Source: Bdellovibrio sp. (GTDB lineage Bacteria > Bdellovibrionota > Bdellovibrionia > Bdellovibrionales > Bdellovibrionaceae). Taken from it: 64,000 bases of DNA. Positions 47,074 to 58,597 of this stretch are shown one piece after another; position 1 is the stretch's first letter, and every line of letters begins with the position of its first letter. The stretch covers positions 1 to 64,000 of the forward strand of contig JBKCUU010000047.1 of assembly GCA_046318155.1 (NCBI GenBank). Direction: 5' to 3'. The notes beneath the pieces are model-generated. The model made no database searches and was not told the DNA's origin. It worked only from the letters and a program-made list of their open reading frames with translations. A program made the translations under genes and the position numbers.

Positions 47074-47147
47074 GTGCCTGCTTCCCTTTGCAGAAGTGCT
47101 GCGCCACTTTGTGGCGCAGCGCTTCTGCAAAGGGAAGCAGGCACCTA
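47071..47147. repeat. 37-bp inverted repeat (REP/MITE-like) filling the gap between convergent genes
   Basis: TAGGTGCCTGCTTCCCTTTGCAGAAGTGCTGCGCCAC-ttt-complement, one G-T wobble. Confidence 0.9.
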
Positions 47148-49070
47148 GAGGCGGTTGTTGATTAGGTCTTGGACGACGCTGGGGTCGGCGAGAGTGCTGG
47201 TGTCGCCTAAGGTGTCGATTTGGTTTTCGGCTATTTTGCGCAGGATTCGGCGCATGATTTTTCCAGAGCGGGTCTTTGGCAAAGCGGGTGCCCATTGAAG
47301 CAAATCGGGTTTTGCAATCGGCGAAATTGCTTGAGCCACAAACTGAATCAGTGTTTTGCGCAGCTCTTCAGTGGGCCGGATGCCCGTCTTTAAGGTCACA
47401 AACACGTAGATGCCTTGTCCTTTTATATCATGTGGATATCCCACAACTGCGGCTTCGGCGACTTCGTGATGGGCGACCAGTGCGCTTTCAATTTCGGCGG
47501 TGCCCAAGCGGTGTCCCGAGACATTCAAGACGTCGTCGACCCGGCCCGTGATCCACCAATACCCATCTTTATCACGGCGGCAACCGTCTCCCGAAAAGTA
47601 ATAGCCGGGGAAAGATGAAAAATAAGTTTCTTCGAAACGCGCGTGATCCTTATAGACCGTTCGCATCTGGCCTGGCCACGAATCGTCCAAAACCAAAACG
47701 CCCTCGCCTGCTCCTTCAATGATGTTGCCTTCGGGCGTGAGGAGCTTGGGCAAAATGCCTGGCAGCGGCTTCGTCGCCGATCCGGGTTTGAGATCGATGG
47801 CGCCAGGAACGGGACTGATCAAAATCCCACCTGTTTCGGTTTGCCACCACGTATCCACGATCGGACAGCGCTCATCACCAACGATCTTATAATACCAGAG
47901 CCAAGCTTCGGGATTGATCGGCTCACCGACGCTCCCCAAGAGACGCAGTGACTTTCGCGAGGTCTTGCGCACCGGCTCCTCGCCCTCACGCATCAGTGAG
48001 CGAATCGCCGTCGGTGCGGTATAGAAAATCGAAACCTGGTGTTTATCGATGACCTGCCAAAACCTGGAGACGTCCGGATAAGTTGGCAGACCTTCAAAAA
48101 TCACGCTCGTGGCCGCATTCGCCAGCGGGCCATAGACAATGTAACTGTGACCTGTGACCCAGCCCACGTCGGCCGTGCACCAGTAAACGTCTTCAAGTTT
48201 GTAATCGAAAACTTTTTTAAATGTCGAGGCGGCATAAACCAAATCGCCGCCGGTCGTGTGCAACACTCCTTTGGGCTTTCCGGTTGAACCGGAGGTGTAC
48301 AAAATAAACAAAGGATCTTCGGCGTCCATGATTTCGGGTGCGCACGTGGCCCCTACCTTCTCGCGCTCCTCATGCCACCAAAGATCTCGTCCCTCGACAA
48401 AATTGACATCGGCCCCCGTCACTCTGACGACCAGCACGTTTTTAACTAAATCTGTTTTCTCGAGTGCTGCATCGATCGTATTTTTGAGCGCAACTTTGCG
48501 GCCTCCGCGGCGACCTTCATCGGCCGTGATGACAAAGCTGCTTTCGCAGTCTTTGATCCGGTCCGCAACCGATTCAGCGCTGAAGCCGCCAAAGACAACA
48601 GAGTGAACAGCGCCAATGCGCGCGCACGCCAGCATGGCCATTGCCGTCTCGGGAACCATTGGCATATAGATGGTCACTCGGTCGCCTTTTTTGACGCCAG
48701 ACTTTTTGAGGACGTTGGCCAAGCGGCAGACTTCCCCACGCAACTCACCAAAGGTGATTCTTCTTGAAGGGGCCTCGATGCTGTCGCCTTCAAAAATAAA
48801 GGCCGTACGATTTTGGTGCAGAGGTAAGTGCCGGTCGAGACAGTTATAAGAGACATTGAGTTTACCACCCAAATACCACTCAATCGAAACCGGTTTTTTA
48901 AAAGACGTTTTTTTGACTTGGGTCCATCTTTCAAACCAATGAAGCGCTTCACCCTCGGCCGCCCAGAACTTGTCTGAGTTTTGAATCGAACCCTGATAGA
49001 GAGCTGGATACTCGACTTTCTTGATATGGGCATTTTTTTCGAACTCGGGCTTAACGGGAATCAAGTCCAT
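47145..49070 (-). CDS. acs: Acetyl-CoA synthetase
   Basis: [38 protein letters not shown]. Confidence 0.97.
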   Translation of the reverse strand: MDLIPVKPEFEKNAHIKKVEYPALYQGSIQNSDKFWAAEGEALHWFERWTQVKKTSFKKPVSIEWYLGGKLNVSYNCLDRHLPLHQNRTAFIFEGDSIEAPSRRITFGELRGEVCRLANVLKKSGVKKGDRVTIYMPMVPETAMAMLACARIGAVHSVVFGGFSAESVADRIKDCESSFVITADEGRRGGRKVALKNTIDAALEKTDLVKNVLVVRVTGADVNFVEGRDLWWHEEREKVGATCAPEIMDAEDPLFILYTSGSTGKPKGVLHTTGGDLVYAASTFKKVFDYKLEDVYWCTADVGWVTGHSYIVYGPLANAATSVIFEGLPTYPDVSRFWQVIDKHQVSIFYTAPTAIRSLMREGEEPVRKTSRKSLRLLGSVGEPINPEAWLWYYKIVGDERCPIVDTWWQTETGGILISPVPGAIDLKPGSATKPLPGILPKLLTPEGNIIEGAGEGVLVLDDSWPGQMRTVYKDHARFEETYFSSFPGYYFSGDGCRRDKDGYWWITGRVDDVLNVSGHRLGTAEIESALVAHHEVAEAAVVGYPHDIKGQGIYVFVTLKTGIRPTEELRKTLIQFVAQAISPIAKPDLLQWAPALPKTRSGKIMRRILRKIAENQIDTLGDTSTLADPSVVQDLINNRL

Positions 49071-49162
49071 CTGTCCTCCAAAAGCGGATGCAGACCCCGA
49101 CAATCAAGGGGACCTTCACAAGCTTCACCCGAAGTACAAGCCACCACCGCCAAAAAAGCACC

Positions 49163-49198
49163 AAAAAAAACCCGTCTCGGCAGCCGAGACGGGTTTTT
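49163..49198 (-). terminator. Intrinsic terminator after dnaK
   Basis: AAAAAAAACCCGTCTCGG-cag-CCGAGACGGGTTTTT. Confidence 0.85.
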
Positions 49199-49250
49199 CA
49201 AAAATCACTGCATAAGTAAGATAGTTTACAATCGATGCCGTCAGACGCTC

Positions 49251-51170
49251 TTAGTTCACGTCTTTGTAGTCCGCGTCGATAACGTCATCATTCTTTTTAT
49301 CAGCACCGGCCTCGGCTCCACCGGCTTCGCCGCCTGCGTTGGATTCAGCACCGCCCGCAGCTCCTGCCGATGCTTTCTTGTAAAGCTCAGCCGAGATGCG
49401 GTGAGAGATTGCTTGCAAAGCGTCTTGCGCTTTTTTGAGTTCTTCCCCTGTTGACGCTTTGTTATCGAAGACTTTGCGAGCATCGGCAACCGCGTCGGTC
49501 GCCGCTTTCTTGTCGACTTCAGCGAGATCTTTGTTATCGGCAACCAATTTCTCGGTTTGATAGATCAAGTTATCCAAGCCATTTCGAGCCGCGACAGCCT
49601 TTTGTTTTTCTTCATCCTCCGCCTTGTGAGCTTCGGCATCAGCCACGGCACGCTTGATATCTTCTTCAGACAAACCACTCTGTGCTGTGATCTTGATTTG
49701 CTGCTGTTTACCAGAAGACAAATCCTTCGCCGAAACGTTCAAGATCCCGTTGGCATCAATATCAAAAGTCACTTCAACCTGAGGTACTCCGCGGGGCGCA
49801 GGCGGCAAACCCACCAGCTCAAAGCGTCCCAAAGTTTTGTTGTCTGACGACATCTTACGCTCACCCTGCAAGACATGGATGTCGACTGCAGGTTGATTGT
49901 CGGCAGCCGTCGAAAAAACCTGAGATTTTTTTGAAGGAATGGTCGTGTTGCGTTCGATCAGAACTGTCATGACGCCGCCCATCGTTTCGATACCCAAAGA
50001 CAAAGGCGTCACGTCCAAGAGCAAAACGTCTTTCACGTCGCCCGCCAAGACACCACCCTGAATCGCGGCGCCCACGGCAACCACTTCATCAGGATTCACC
50101 GTGCGGTTCGGCTCTTTACCGAAAAAGTCTTTCACGGCTTTTTGAATCGCGGGAACGCGAGTCGATCCGCCGACCAAAACGACTTCATCGATATCCGACG
50201 TTTTCCAACCCGAATCGGCCAAGGCTTTTTTGCAAGGCTCAATTGAACGCTTCACCAAGTCTTCGATCATTTGCTCGAATTTGGCGCGAGAAAGTTTAAT
50301 CTGTAAGTGCTTAGGACCGCTTTGATCTGCCGTGATGAACGGCAAATTGATTTCGGTTTCTTGAGCTGTTGAGAGCTCAATTTTTGCTTTCTCAGCCGCT
50401 TCTTTCAAACGCTGTAAAGCCATTTTGTCATTTTTCAAATCAATGGCTTGATCTTTTTTAAACTCAGCGATCAACCACTCAAGGATGCGCGTATCCAAAT
50501 TGTCACCACCCAAATGCGTATCGCCATTGGTTGATTTGACTTCGACAACGCCGTCACCCACTTCGAGGATCGACACGTCAAACGTTCCTCCACCGAAATC
50601 GTAAATCACGATTTTTTGTTCTTTCTTTTTGTCCAAGCCGTAAGCCAGCGCTGCCGCCGTTGGCTCATTGATAATACGTTTTACATCAAGACCGGCAATG
50701 CGGCCGGCATCTTTTGTTGCCTGGCGCTGCGAATCGTTAAAATAAGCAGGAACGGTAATGACCGCTTCAGTTACGGGCTCACCCAGATAGTCTTCGGCTA
50801 CTTTTTTGAGTTTACCCAAAACAGCGGCCGCGATCTCTTCGGGAGAAACGGTTTTGCCGCCCTGAATTTTAAAAGCGGTGTCGTTGCCTTTTTCGATCAC
50901 GGTATAAGGCACAAGTTTTGTTTCTTCAGCGGTCTCGGAGTAACGACGGCCAATGAAACGTTTGGCCGAGTAAATTGTATTTTCGGGGTTGGTCACCGCT
51001 TGGCGTTTTGCGATTTGACCGACCAGACGCTCGCCGTCTTTTGTAAACGCCACCACCGAAGGTGTTGTGCGCGCGCCTTCTTCGTTGACCAAAACTTTGG
51101 GCTCGCCGCCCTCCATAATGGCAACACAAGAGTTCGTCGTCCCTAAGTCGATTCCGATAATTTTTCCCAT
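49251..51170 (-). CDS. dnaK: Chaperone DnaK
   Basis: [36 protein letters not shown]. Confidence 0.99.
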   Translation of the reverse strand: MGKIIGIDLGTTNSCVAIMEGGEPKVLVNEEGARTTPSVVAFTKDGERLVGQIAKRQAVTNPENTIYSAKRFIGRRYSETAEETKLVPYTVIEKGNDTAFKIQGGKTVSPEEIAAAVLGKLKKVAEDYLGEPVTEAVITVPAYFNDSQRQATKDAGRIAGLDVKRIINEPTAAALAYGLDKKKEQKIVIYDFGGGTFDVSILEVGDGVVEVKSTNGDTHLGGDNLDTRILEWLIAEFKKDQAIDLKNDKMALQRLKEAAEKAKIELSTAQETEINLPFITADQSGPKHLQIKLSRAKFEQMIEDLVKRSIEPCKKALADSGWKTSDIDEVVLVGGSTRVPAIQKAVKDFFGKEPNRTVNPDEVVAVGAAIQGGVLAGDVKDVLLLDVTPLSLGIETMGGVMTVLIERNTTIPSKKSQVFSTAADNQPAVDIHVLQGERKMSSDNKTLGRFELVGLPPAPRGVPQVEVTFDIDANGILNVSAKDLSSGKQQQIKITAQSGLSEEDIKRAVADAEAHKAEDEEKQKAVAARNGLDNLIYQTEKLVADNKDLAEVDKKAATDAVADARKVFDNKASTGEELKKAQDALQAISHRISAELYKKASAGAAGGAESNAGGEAGGAEAGADKKNDDVIDADYKDVN

Positions 51171-51221
51171 GGTCATTTCCTTTCAAATCTGTTTCAAAAA
51201 TCGAGTCTTCTTAACAAGTTT

Positions 51222-51250
51222 AATGTGGGGGCGCTGAGCCTCCCGTCAAG
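51222..51250 (-). promoter_or_regulatory. sigma32-like promoter of dnaK
   Basis: CTTGAC-N14-CCCCACATT. Confidence 0.65.
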
Positions 51251-51258
51251 GTCAGGGC

Positions 51259-52386
51259 CTACTTTTTTCGTCCCCAGAAGCCTGGTTTCGCGGATTTAGC
51301 GTCCAGCGGAATCCCGCGGTGAGACGCGATTTCTCTCAGAAGCTTCTCTTCGTCTTTCTCGATTTTTTTGGGGAACTCGACATCGAGATGATAGTAAATG
51401 TCGCCGCGCCGGCTGCCGCGCAGCGAAGGCAAACCTTCGCCCACGAGCTTCACCGTGTCTCCCATTTGCAAGCCTTTAGGAATCTGAAGATTCTTGCTCC
51501 CCGTCACCGTCTCAACAACGATCTCTGCGCCGAGGAGGAGCTGCAAATAATCGACTTTTAATGACGACAAAAGATGATCGCCCTGACGTTGAAAGCGCTC
51601 GTCTTGCTCAACTTGAACTTCGACGTACAAATCACCATTCGGGCCGCCGCGGTAACCACCTTCACCCTCATTTGAGACGCGAAGACGTGTCCCAGTATCA
51701 ACACCAGGAGGAATCGAGACGCGAATGCGGCGGTTCTTTTTTTGCCGTCCTCGGCCTTTGCAATCCGTGCAGGGGCTCTTGATCATGACGCCTTCACCTT
51801 GGCAAGTGGGGCACGTTGTTGCCATCGAGAAAAAGCCCTGCTGACGCACGACTTGGCCGCGGCCACTGCAAGTCGTGCAGGTTTGCGGAACCGTGCCCTT
51901 TTCGGCGCCCGATCCGTTGCAGGTATTGCAGTTTTCATCGACGTCAAATTTGATTTCACGGTCGATGCCTTCGATGACTTCTTTGAATGACACTTCAGTC
52001 ACATAACGTAGATCAGCCCCTCGGCGAGGCGAGGTGCGGTTTTGTTTTTGCGAACGACCACCACCGGATTGTGCGCCGCCAAAGAAGTCGCCAAAAATAT
52101 CAGAGAACGAAGAGAAAATATCGTCGACGTCCTGAAAGCCCGCACCATTTCCACCGCCTTGAAAAGCTTTGTGGCCAAATCTGTCGTAGCGGGCACGTTT
52201 ATCGGCATCCGATAAAACCTCATAGGCGCTCGCGGCTTCTTTAAACTTCTCTTCGGCGTCTTGATCACCCGGATTCTTATCAGGATGAAGCTTCATCGCG
52301 AGCTTGCGATAGGCCTTCTTAATGGTATCCGCATCGGCATCCCGGCTGACGCCCAGAACCTCGTAAAAATCGCGCATTTGACTCAT
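51259..52386 (-). CDS. dnaJ: Chaperone DnaJ
   Basis: HPD J-domain, G/F region, four CxxCxGxG repeats. Confidence 0.98.
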   Translation of the reverse strand: MSQMRDFYEVLGVSRDADADTIKKAYRKLAMKLHPDKNPGDQDAEEKFKEAASAYEVLSDADKRARYDRFGHKAFQGGGNGAGFQDVDDIFSSFSDIFGDFFGGAQSGGGRSQKQNRTSPRRGADLRYVTEVSFKEVIEGIDREIKFDVDENCNTCNGSGAEKGTVPQTCTTCSGRGQVVRQQGFFSMATTCPTCQGEGVMIKSPCTDCKGRGRQKKNRRIRVSIPPGVDTGTRLRVSNEGEGGYRGGPNGDLYVEVQVEQDERFQRQGDHLLSSLKVDYLQLLLGAEIVVETVTGSKNLQIPKGLQMGDTVKLVGEGLPSLRGSRRGDIYYHLDVEFPKKIEKDEEKLLREIASHRGIPLDAKSAKPGFWGRKK

Positions 52387-52392
52387 GCACGC

Positions 52393-52422
52393 AATGTGAG
52401 GAATGAGGCCGTTTCTGTCAAG
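52393..52422 (-). promoter_or_regulatory. sigma32-like promoter of dnaJ (probably leaderless)
   Basis: CTTGAC-N15-CCTCACATT, 6 nt before the ATG. Confidence 0.55.
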
Positions 52423-52451
52423 CTCCCAAGACCCGGAAATTGGGGCCTCAT

Positions 52452-53159
52452 TCAGTCGGAAGAGGGGACTGTACTCTGAATTTTTTGACGCAAACGATCC
52501 TGCACCTTTTCGTCCAAGCCAAGAGCCCGCATTTCACTCAAGACGCGCTCGGCCAACTCGCGTTTTCCCGCGTCAGTGTAGAGCCTTCCCGAGAGAATGT
52601 AAACCCAGTCCGGCGCCCCGCGCTCTGCTGCTTTTTTCATCAGATTAGCGGCTTTGAGCGTGTCCTGTTCTTCATACAGCGCGTGGTAAGCAGCTTTGTA
52701 AGCAAGCACCCAATCCTGGGGAAACGCGCGCGTGCCCTTGTCAAAAATTTGCGAAGCGCCGGGGACATCTGAGACGATCACCGATAAGGCCGCGCCTCCG
52801 GCCGAATAGGCCATGCGAAACTCCGGGTCGAGTTGCGTGGTGAGATCCAAAGTCTGGAACAACCACCCACGGCCTTGGCAAAGATTTTTGCCCAGCGCCT
52901 TTTCACAGTAATCAAAATCCTGCAGGGTTCGAATCCAAAGCAGATCAGCCATTGGCAAACGAAACCCAAAATGAAAGTGCTCAAGTGCTAGCGGCGGCGC
53001 CACGAGTTCGCGGCCGCGGGCTTTTTGTTCTAGCTGCGCGCGGTGGCCGCTGGCCCAGAAGCCCAAGCCGAGCGCCAACCCCAAAAACAAAAGCCCCACC
53101 GTTAAGGCGGGGCTTTTGCTGACGTTCAAACTTTGAACTTTCGAATCAGAGAGTGCCAT
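52452..53159 (-). CDS. Pilin-associated membrane TPR-like protein (PilG-like)
   Basis: N-terminal [17 protein letters not shown]; overlaps the pilin stop. Confidence 0.6.
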   Translation of the reverse strand: MALSDSKVQSLNVSKSPALTVGLLFLGLALGLGFWASGHRAQLEQKARGRELVAPPLALEHFHFGFRLPMADLLWIRTLQDFDYCEKALGKNLCQGRGWLFQTLDLTTQLDPEFRMAYSAGGAALSVIVSDVPGASQIFDKGTRAFPQDWVLAYKAAYHALYEEQDTLKAANLMKKAAERGAPDWVYILSGRLYTDAGKRELAERVLSEMRALGLDEKVQDRLRQKIQSTVPSSD

Positions 53160-53736
53160 CGCTGTTATTCGCTAAGCCTTTATCTTGGTTGATAATCCAA
53201 GAATCCTCCAGCGCACCAGACACGAGCTGAGCACGAGCCCCGGCCGCAAAAGTACTGAAGTCCGTCGCAACACAGGCTGTACCTAAAGTCGCCGTCCGAG
53301 GCGTGTTCACGGGGCAGGTGCCGGCTGCGATATCAGTCGGAGCCGCGTTGTTTGCACCATTCAAAGTCGTGCATCGGCCACCCGTACAGACGGCTTTTGT
53401 GCTCGAAGGGGTCGTGCACGCAGCCGCCCCTTTTAAGGTTGTGAAGTTTGTAGGACATGCGCCCGTACCGCTGACCCAGCCGATGTTGTACCGAAGGTTT
53501 CCCTCGGGAACAAAACCAAGCGCATCGAAAGAGGAGCTGTAGCCTTGAAACTCAACAAAGAAATTTTTATTGAAAGTATACAGAGACGATAGATTCACTT
53601 GCGCTTCTGATTGCCGCGCTTTCGCGATAAACTTATTGACACGGGGGATGGCGATCGTCGCCAAAATTCCGATGATCGCAACGACCACCATTAATTCGAC
53701 AAGCGAGAATCCGCGTTGGTTGGATTTATTCATCAT
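53146..53736 (-). CDS. pilA: Type IVa major pilin
   Basis: RG/FSLVELMVVVAIIGILATIAIP prepilin motif, KARQSEA; GGAGG RBS. Confidence 0.9.
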   Translation of the reverse strand: MMNKSNQRGFSLVELMVVVAIIGILATIAIPRVNKFIAKARQSEAQVNLSSLYTFNKNFFVEFQGYSSSFDALGFVPEGNLRYNIGWVSGTGACPTNFTTLKGAAACTTPSSTKAVCTGGRCTTLNGANNAAPTDIAAGTCPVNTPRTATLGTACVATDFSTFAAGARAQLVSGALEDSWIINQDKGLANNSDGTL

Positions 53737-53873
53737 GAGTAGTCCTCCTAGTTGGCACCCATAGTTTGCCAAAGACTTGTCAAGACTCCAAGGCTTCTTT
53801 TGCAGAGGCCTTGGGGCAACGGAGGCGGTCCCATTTTGGAGCGTCGTTCCCCCAGGCGGTCAACCGCACCCAT

Positions 53874-53902
53874 CTTGACTTCCCACAAAGACTCCCCAAA
53901 CT
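53874..53902 (+). promoter_or_regulatory. sigma32-like promoter of clpS-clpA
   Basis: CTTGAC-N14-CCCCAAACT. Confidence 0.6.
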
Positions 53903-53982
53903 TAAGCTAACGATGGGTCGTTCCCTCGGCGCTCGACCTTGGTCCCAAGCATTTGCGTGAACCTAAGAAGAGAACATAAACT

Positions 53983-54363
53983 ATGAAGATGAAGACTCTC
54001 AAATCCGAGAAACGCCTCATTCCAATTCCAAAAGCCAACAGTGACTCGGGCAATCAAAACGATTCAGGGGAAGACCGTCAGGGCGTCGTCGAATTGGATC
54101 ACCGGGTCGACCATCCCAAGATGTACCGCGTGATGCTACTCAATGATGATTTTACACCGATGGATTTTGTTGTTTTGGTTTTGCGCCGCTTTTTTGGCAA
54201 GAACGAAGATGAGGCCACCGCCGTGATGCTCGACGTGCACAAAAAGGGCGCGGGCACCGCCGGCGTTTACACGCTAGAAATGGCCGAAATGAAAGTCATG
54301 CAAGTCAATCAGTTTGGCCGCATGAATCAGCACCCCCTCAAAAGTGTTCTCGAGCCCGAGTGA
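53983..54363 (+). CDS. clpS: Clp protease adaptor ClpS
   Basis: YRVMLLNDDFTPMDFVV, MLDVHKKG. Confidence 0.97.
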   Translation: MKMKTLKSEKRLIPIPKANSDSGNQNDSGEDRQGVVELDHRVDHPKMYRVMLLNDDFTPMDFVVLVLRRFFGKNEDEATAVMLDVHKKGAGTAGVYTLEMAEMKVMQVNQFGRMNQHPLKSVLEPE

Positions 54364-54383
54364 TCTCACCCTAAGGAGGATCG

Positions 54384-56666
54384 ATGCTTAACCGTGAAAT
54401 CGAACGCCGTATGGCAGAGGCCGCGGAAAACGCCAAAAAATCCAAGCACGAGTTTGTCACGGTCGAACATGTCCTCCTGGCGCTGACCGAAGCCGCACCG
54501 ATGAGCGAAATCTTGCGCAGCATAGGCGCCAACGTGCCTGAACTGCGAAAGGCGCTTAAGGGCTACGTCAAAGCGCACTGTCCACAGATCACGACCGAAC
54601 AGCTGGGTGCTTACGGCGGCTTTGACGTGTGGCAACCCGAGTTTACCTTAGCTTGCCACCGCTGGATCCAGCGCGCGGCCCTGCAAGTCCGCAGCGCAGG
54701 GCGAGACGAAATTTCAGAAGGCCATTTGCTGGTTGCACTCTTTTATGAGCAAGACTCACACTCTGTTTTTGCTCTGACCCAGCAAGGGATCACGCAGTTT
54801 GACGTGATCAATTACGTCTCGCACGGACTCGAAAAAGATCTCGGTCCAGACGACGACAAAGAATCTTCAGAGCCCAAAGCGCTCCCCCACTCGGGCGGCG
54901 AGTTTGAGGCCGAGAAAGAAGAAAAAAAATCTCCGCTCGAATCTTTTTGCGTCAACTTAAATGAACGCGCCATCGATGGTCGCATCGATCCTTTGATCGG
55001 CCGCGATGATGTCGTGGACCGCGTGATGCAGGTCCTTTGCCGCCGCACGAAAAACAACCCCTTGCTCATTGGTGAGCCCGGTGTCGGCAAAACCGCCATC
55101 GCTGAGGGGCTAGCGGCCAAAATTGTTCAAGGCAAGACGCCCGAGGCTCTAAAAGATAAACTCATCTACTCGCTCGATTTAGGTTCGCTGCTCGCGGGAA
55201 CTAAATTTCGCGGGGATTTTGAGGGCCGCCTCAAAGGAGTGATGAAAGAAGTCAGAAAACGCAAAAACGTCATTTTGTTTATCGATGAGATCCACACGAT
55301 CGTCGGCGCCGGCGCGACCAGCGGAGGCTCAATGGATGCGTCGAACTTACTGAAGCCTGCGCTTGCCAGTGGTGACATGAGCTGCATTGGTTCGACCACA
55401 CACCAAGAGTACCGTCAGCACTTTGAAAAAGACCGAGCCTTGGCCCGCCGCTTTCAGCGCATTGATGTCAACGAACCTTCGAGTGCTGATGCGACCGAGA
55501 TTTTACGCGGCTTGAAGTCACGCTTTGAAGAGCATCACGATGTGACCTACACCGACGAAGCCATTAAAGCTTCGGTCGAGTTGTCATCGAAGTATCTGCA
55601 CGGCAAGTTGCTCCCCGATAAAGCCATCGACGTGATGGATGAAGCCGGTGCGTGGGCCAAGCTCAATGATAAAAAAGGCATGAACATCAGTGATAAAGAC
55701 ATCGAGCGCATCATCGCCAAAATGGCGCAGGTCCCGGTGGCCAGCATCGGAACCAATGAAAAAGATCAGCTCAAATCGCTGGATCTGCAACTCAAATCCG
55801 CGATCTTTGGACAGGATGAGGCGATTGAACGCCTTGTCGCGGCGATCAAGTTTTCGCGCAGCGGTCTTTCGCGGGACAACAAACCCGTTGGCAGCTTCTT
55901 ATTTGCTGGCCCCACCGGCGTCGGCAAAACCGAAGTGTGCAAACAGCTGGCGCAAATCTTAGGCATCCCGCTGGTGCGCTTCGATATGTCGGAGTACATG
56001 GAGAAGCACACAGTGGCTCGTTTGATCGGCGCGCCTCCCGGGTACGTGGGCCACGACGAGGGCGGCCAGCTGACCGAACAGGTCAACCGCACGGGTCACT
56101 GCGTTTTACTTTTGGATGAGATGGAAAAAGCCCATCCCGATGTCTTTAACGTTTTGTTGCAAGTGATGGATGCGGGCCGCTTGACCGATTCAACGGGCCG
56201 AACCACTGACTTTCGCAATGTGATTTTGGTGATGACTTCAAACGCGGGCGCTGTCGATGTGGCTCGCGGAACGATCGGTCTCACCAACGCACCTACTCGC
56301 AATCTCTCGCTCGACGCAATTAAAAAGGCGTTTGCACCTGAGTTCATCAACCGGTTAGATGCTGTCGTCACCTTCCGTGACTTGAACGAAGGTATTTTGC
56401 TGCAAGTCGTGCGCAAGTTTGTTGAAGAACTGCAAATGCAATTGCAGAAAAAAGGCGTCGTCCTCACGGTGACCGACGCGGCCAAAAAACAGCTGCTCAA
56501 AAAAGGGTACGACCCCGTCTACGGCGCCCGTCCCTTAGGTCGGGCTATCGATGAGCATCTGAAAAAACCACTCGTTGACGAGCTGCTCTTTGGTCGCTTG
56601 GTGGATGGCGGCAAGGTCACGATCGATCTCAAGCAAGACGCCTTCGACTTTCATTTTGAAAAGTGA
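54384..56666 (+). CDS. clpA: ATP-dependent Clp protease ATP-binding subunit ClpA
   Basis: [24 protein letters not shown], two AAA+ modules without M-domain; follows clpS. Confidence 0.97.
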   Translation: MLNREIERRMAEAAENAKKSKHEFVTVEHVLLALTEAAPMSEILRSIGANVPELRKALKGYVKAHCPQITTEQLGAYGGFDVWQPEFTLACHRWIQRAALQVRSAGRDEISEGHLLVALFYEQDSHSVFALTQQGITQFDVINYVSHGLEKDLGPDDDKESSEPKALPHSGGEFEAEKEEKKSPLESFCVNLNERAIDGRIDPLIGRDDVVDRVMQVLCRRTKNNPLLIGEPGVGKTAIAEGLAAKIVQGKTPEALKDKLIYSLDLGSLLAGTKFRGDFEGRLKGVMKEVRKRKNVILFIDEIHTIVGAGATSGGSMDASNLLKPALASGDMSCIGSTTHQEYRQHFEKDRALARRFQRIDVNEPSSADATEILRGLKSRFEEHHDVTYTDEAIKASVELSSKYLHGKLLPDKAIDVMDEAGAWAKLNDKKGMNISDKDIERIIAKMAQVPVASIGTNEKDQLKSLDLQLKSAIFGQDEAIERLVAAIKFSRSGLSRDNKPVGSFLFAGPTGVGKTEVCKQLAQILGIPLVRFDMSEYMEKHTVARLIGAPPGYVGHDEGGQLTEQVNRTGHCVLLLDEMEKAHPDVFNVLLQVMDAGRLTDSTGRTTDFRNVILVMTSNAGAVDVARGTIGLTNAPTRNLSLDAIKKAFAPEFINRLDAVVTFRDLNEGILLQVVRKFVEELQMQLQKKGVVLTVTDAAKKQLLKKGYDPVYGARPLGRAIDEHLKKPLVDELLFGRLVDGGKVTIDLKQDAFDFHFEK

Positions 56667-56729
56667 ACAAATTCTTCGCCTGCATTGATGCATCCTGTTT
56701 TAATAGACGGTGTGCACACAATCTGCTAC

Positions 56730-56758
56730 CTTGACAGCAAGGTATCACGTCCCAAATT
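56730..56758 (+). promoter_or_regulatory. sigma32-like promoter of htpX
   Basis: CTTGAC-N14-TCCCAAATT. Confidence 0.6.
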
Positions 56759-56787
56759 GAAGCTGTTCTTTTAGGAGGACTCTTTAT

Positions 56788-57675
56788 ATGAAATGGTTCA
56801 AACGCATCTCTTTGTTTCTTCTGACAAACATGCTGGTCTTGGTGACCATCAGCATCGCGCTGGCGGTGATTCAATCGGTCTTTGGCATAAACCTTCATGG
56901 CGGTCAAATGTCTGGACTGATGGTTTTGTGTGCAGTCTGGGGGATGGGCGGCGCCTTTATCTCGCTACTGATTTCAAAGTTCATGGCCAAACGCATGATG
57001 GGTGTCCAGATTATAGACCCAGCCACAGTCAACCCCCGAGAGCGCGAGATCGTGCAAATGGTTTACAACATGGCAACACGCGCGGGCCTCGAAAAGATGC
57101 CCGAGGTCGGTATCTACGAGTCACCCGAGGTGAATGCTTTTGCGACAGGCCCCAGCAAGAAAAACTCACTGGTCGCCGTGAGCACAGGCTTGCTCAGCAA
57201 AATGTCTAAAGATGAAGTCGAAGGTGTCATCGGTCACGAAGTGGCTCACATCGCCAACGGTGACATGGTCACCATGACACTCATCCAAGGTGTTGTGAAT
57301 GCCTTTGTGATGTTCTTTGCACGTCTTGCCGCCAAAGCGATAGCCTCTCAAACAGATGAGCGATCGCAAGGGGCGGTCTACTTTGGCCTGTCGTTGCTCT
57401 TTGATATCGTGTTTGGACTTTTGGGTTCTATTCTGGTCGCTTACTTCTCGCGCTTGCGAGAGTACCGAGCGGATGCGGGCGGAGCGATGTATGCCGGCAA
57501 ACCTAAAATGATTGCGGGTCTTAAGCGCTTGCAATCCATGTATGACCAACTGGAGCCCGACAACGGTTCGATGGCCACAATGAAAATCTCGAGCCGTCCT
57601 GGTGGATTTATGGCTTTCTTCTCGACGCACCCGCCTCTTGAAGAACGGATCCGCCGCCTGCAAGAGACTTTCTAA
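56788..57675 (+). CDS. htpX: Protease HtpX
   Basis: NAFATG, GHEVAHIANGDMVT, SRLREYRAD, STHPPLEERI. Confidence 0.97.
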   Translation: MKWFKRISLFLLTNMLVLVTISIALAVIQSVFGINLHGGQMSGLMVLCAVWGMGGAFISLLISKFMAKRMMGVQIIDPATVNPREREIVQMVYNMATRAGLEKMPEVGIYESPEVNAFATGPSKKNSLVAVSTGLLSKMSKDEVEGVIGHEVAHIANGDMVTMTLIQGVVNAFVMFFARLAAKAIASQTDERSQGAVYFGLSLLFDIVFGLLGSILVAYFSRLREYRADAGGAMYAGKPKMIAGLKRLQSMYDQLEPDNGSMATMKISSRPGGFMAFFSTHPPLEERIRRLQETF

Positions 57676-58588
57676 AGCGAGCGGCGCGATCAAAACCCCC
57701 GCTCGGCTTTCAAAGCGAACCAAATTCTTTACAGATCGAAACCAAGGGCTGCTTCTCGCAGCCCTTGTTGCTTTGCTTTGGGGCGTTCTTGGTTTTGGTC
57801 TGCGCGAGGCCTTTCGATTTAGTGATCCTGCCACAGTCTCTTGGTTTCGATTTACTTTTTCGTTTTTGTCTTTGAGTCTGATCATCTTTATCAGGCAACC
57901 AGAATCTCTCCCTCACACTCGCCGCATCCCGTGGTGGATGATCCTTGCGGCCTTGGGCCTTGCGCTCAACTATTTGGGCTACGCCAAAGGCGTACAGTTC
58001 ACAACACCCGGAAACGCCCAAATGCTGAGCCAGCTGGGCCCGTTGCTGGCAGTCGTTGGCGGGATCTTTATTTTGCACGAGCGCTTGAGCCCGAGGCAGT
58101 GGGCTGGCGTTCTTGTGGCTTTGACGGGTTTTGCTCTTTTTTATTTGGACCAGTTGCAGTTTTTTGTCGCTTCACGCGAAGAGTATAAGCGCGGCAATCT
58201 CTGGATCCTTGTCGGAAGTGTGTCGTGGGCGACGTGGGCCTTGATGCAAAAGCGCGCCACAAGGCTGGGGCATACACCTCGCCTGCTCAACTTTTTTGTC
58301 TACGGCTGGAGCGCGGTGTTTTTGTTTTCTTTTGCCCAGCTCACAACACTTCAAGGTCTGGGACTCTGGCCCTGGGTCTTGCTTTTACTTTTGGCGATAA
58401 ACACTCTCGTTGCTTACGGGGCACTCGCGCTCGCGCTTGAAAAAGCGCCATCCTCCTTGGTTAATTTGATCATCGCGTGCAATCCCCTGGTCTCGCTGGC
58501 CATCGACCATGATCAAGTGGCTTGGACAGGCTGGGTCGGTGCCGGATTTGTGCTGACAGGGGTTGTGTTCACTCTCAAGCGCACGTAG
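57602..58588 (+). CDS. DMT/EamA family transporter (start uncertain)
   Basis: About 10 TM segments, ALLWG, WFRF, LHERLS..QW. Confidence 0.85.
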   Translation: MDLWLSSRRTRLLKNGSAACKRLSKASGAIKTPARLSKRTKFFTDRNQGLLLAALVALLWGVLGFGLREAFRFSDPATVSWFRFTFSFLSLSLIIFIRQPESLPHTRRIPWWMILAALGLALNYLGYAKGVQFTTPGNAQMLSQLGPLLAVVGGIFILHERLSPRQWAGVLVALTGFALFYLDQLQFFVASREEYKRGNLWILVGSVSWATWALMQKRATRLGHTPRLLNFFVYGWSAVFLFSFAQLTTLQGLGLWPWVLLLLLAINTLVAYGALALALEKAPSSLVNLIIACNPLVSLAIDHDQVAWTGWVGAGFVLTGVVFTLKRT

Positions 58589-58597
58589 TCTATCAGA

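Noticed and set aside
53752..53770. sigma54 promoter for pilA (TGGCA...TGC on either strand)
   Set aside because: GG-GC spacing is 2 nt too long on both strands
57166..57885. 239-aa minus-strand ORF
   Set aside because: Antisense to htpX and EamA; no motifs
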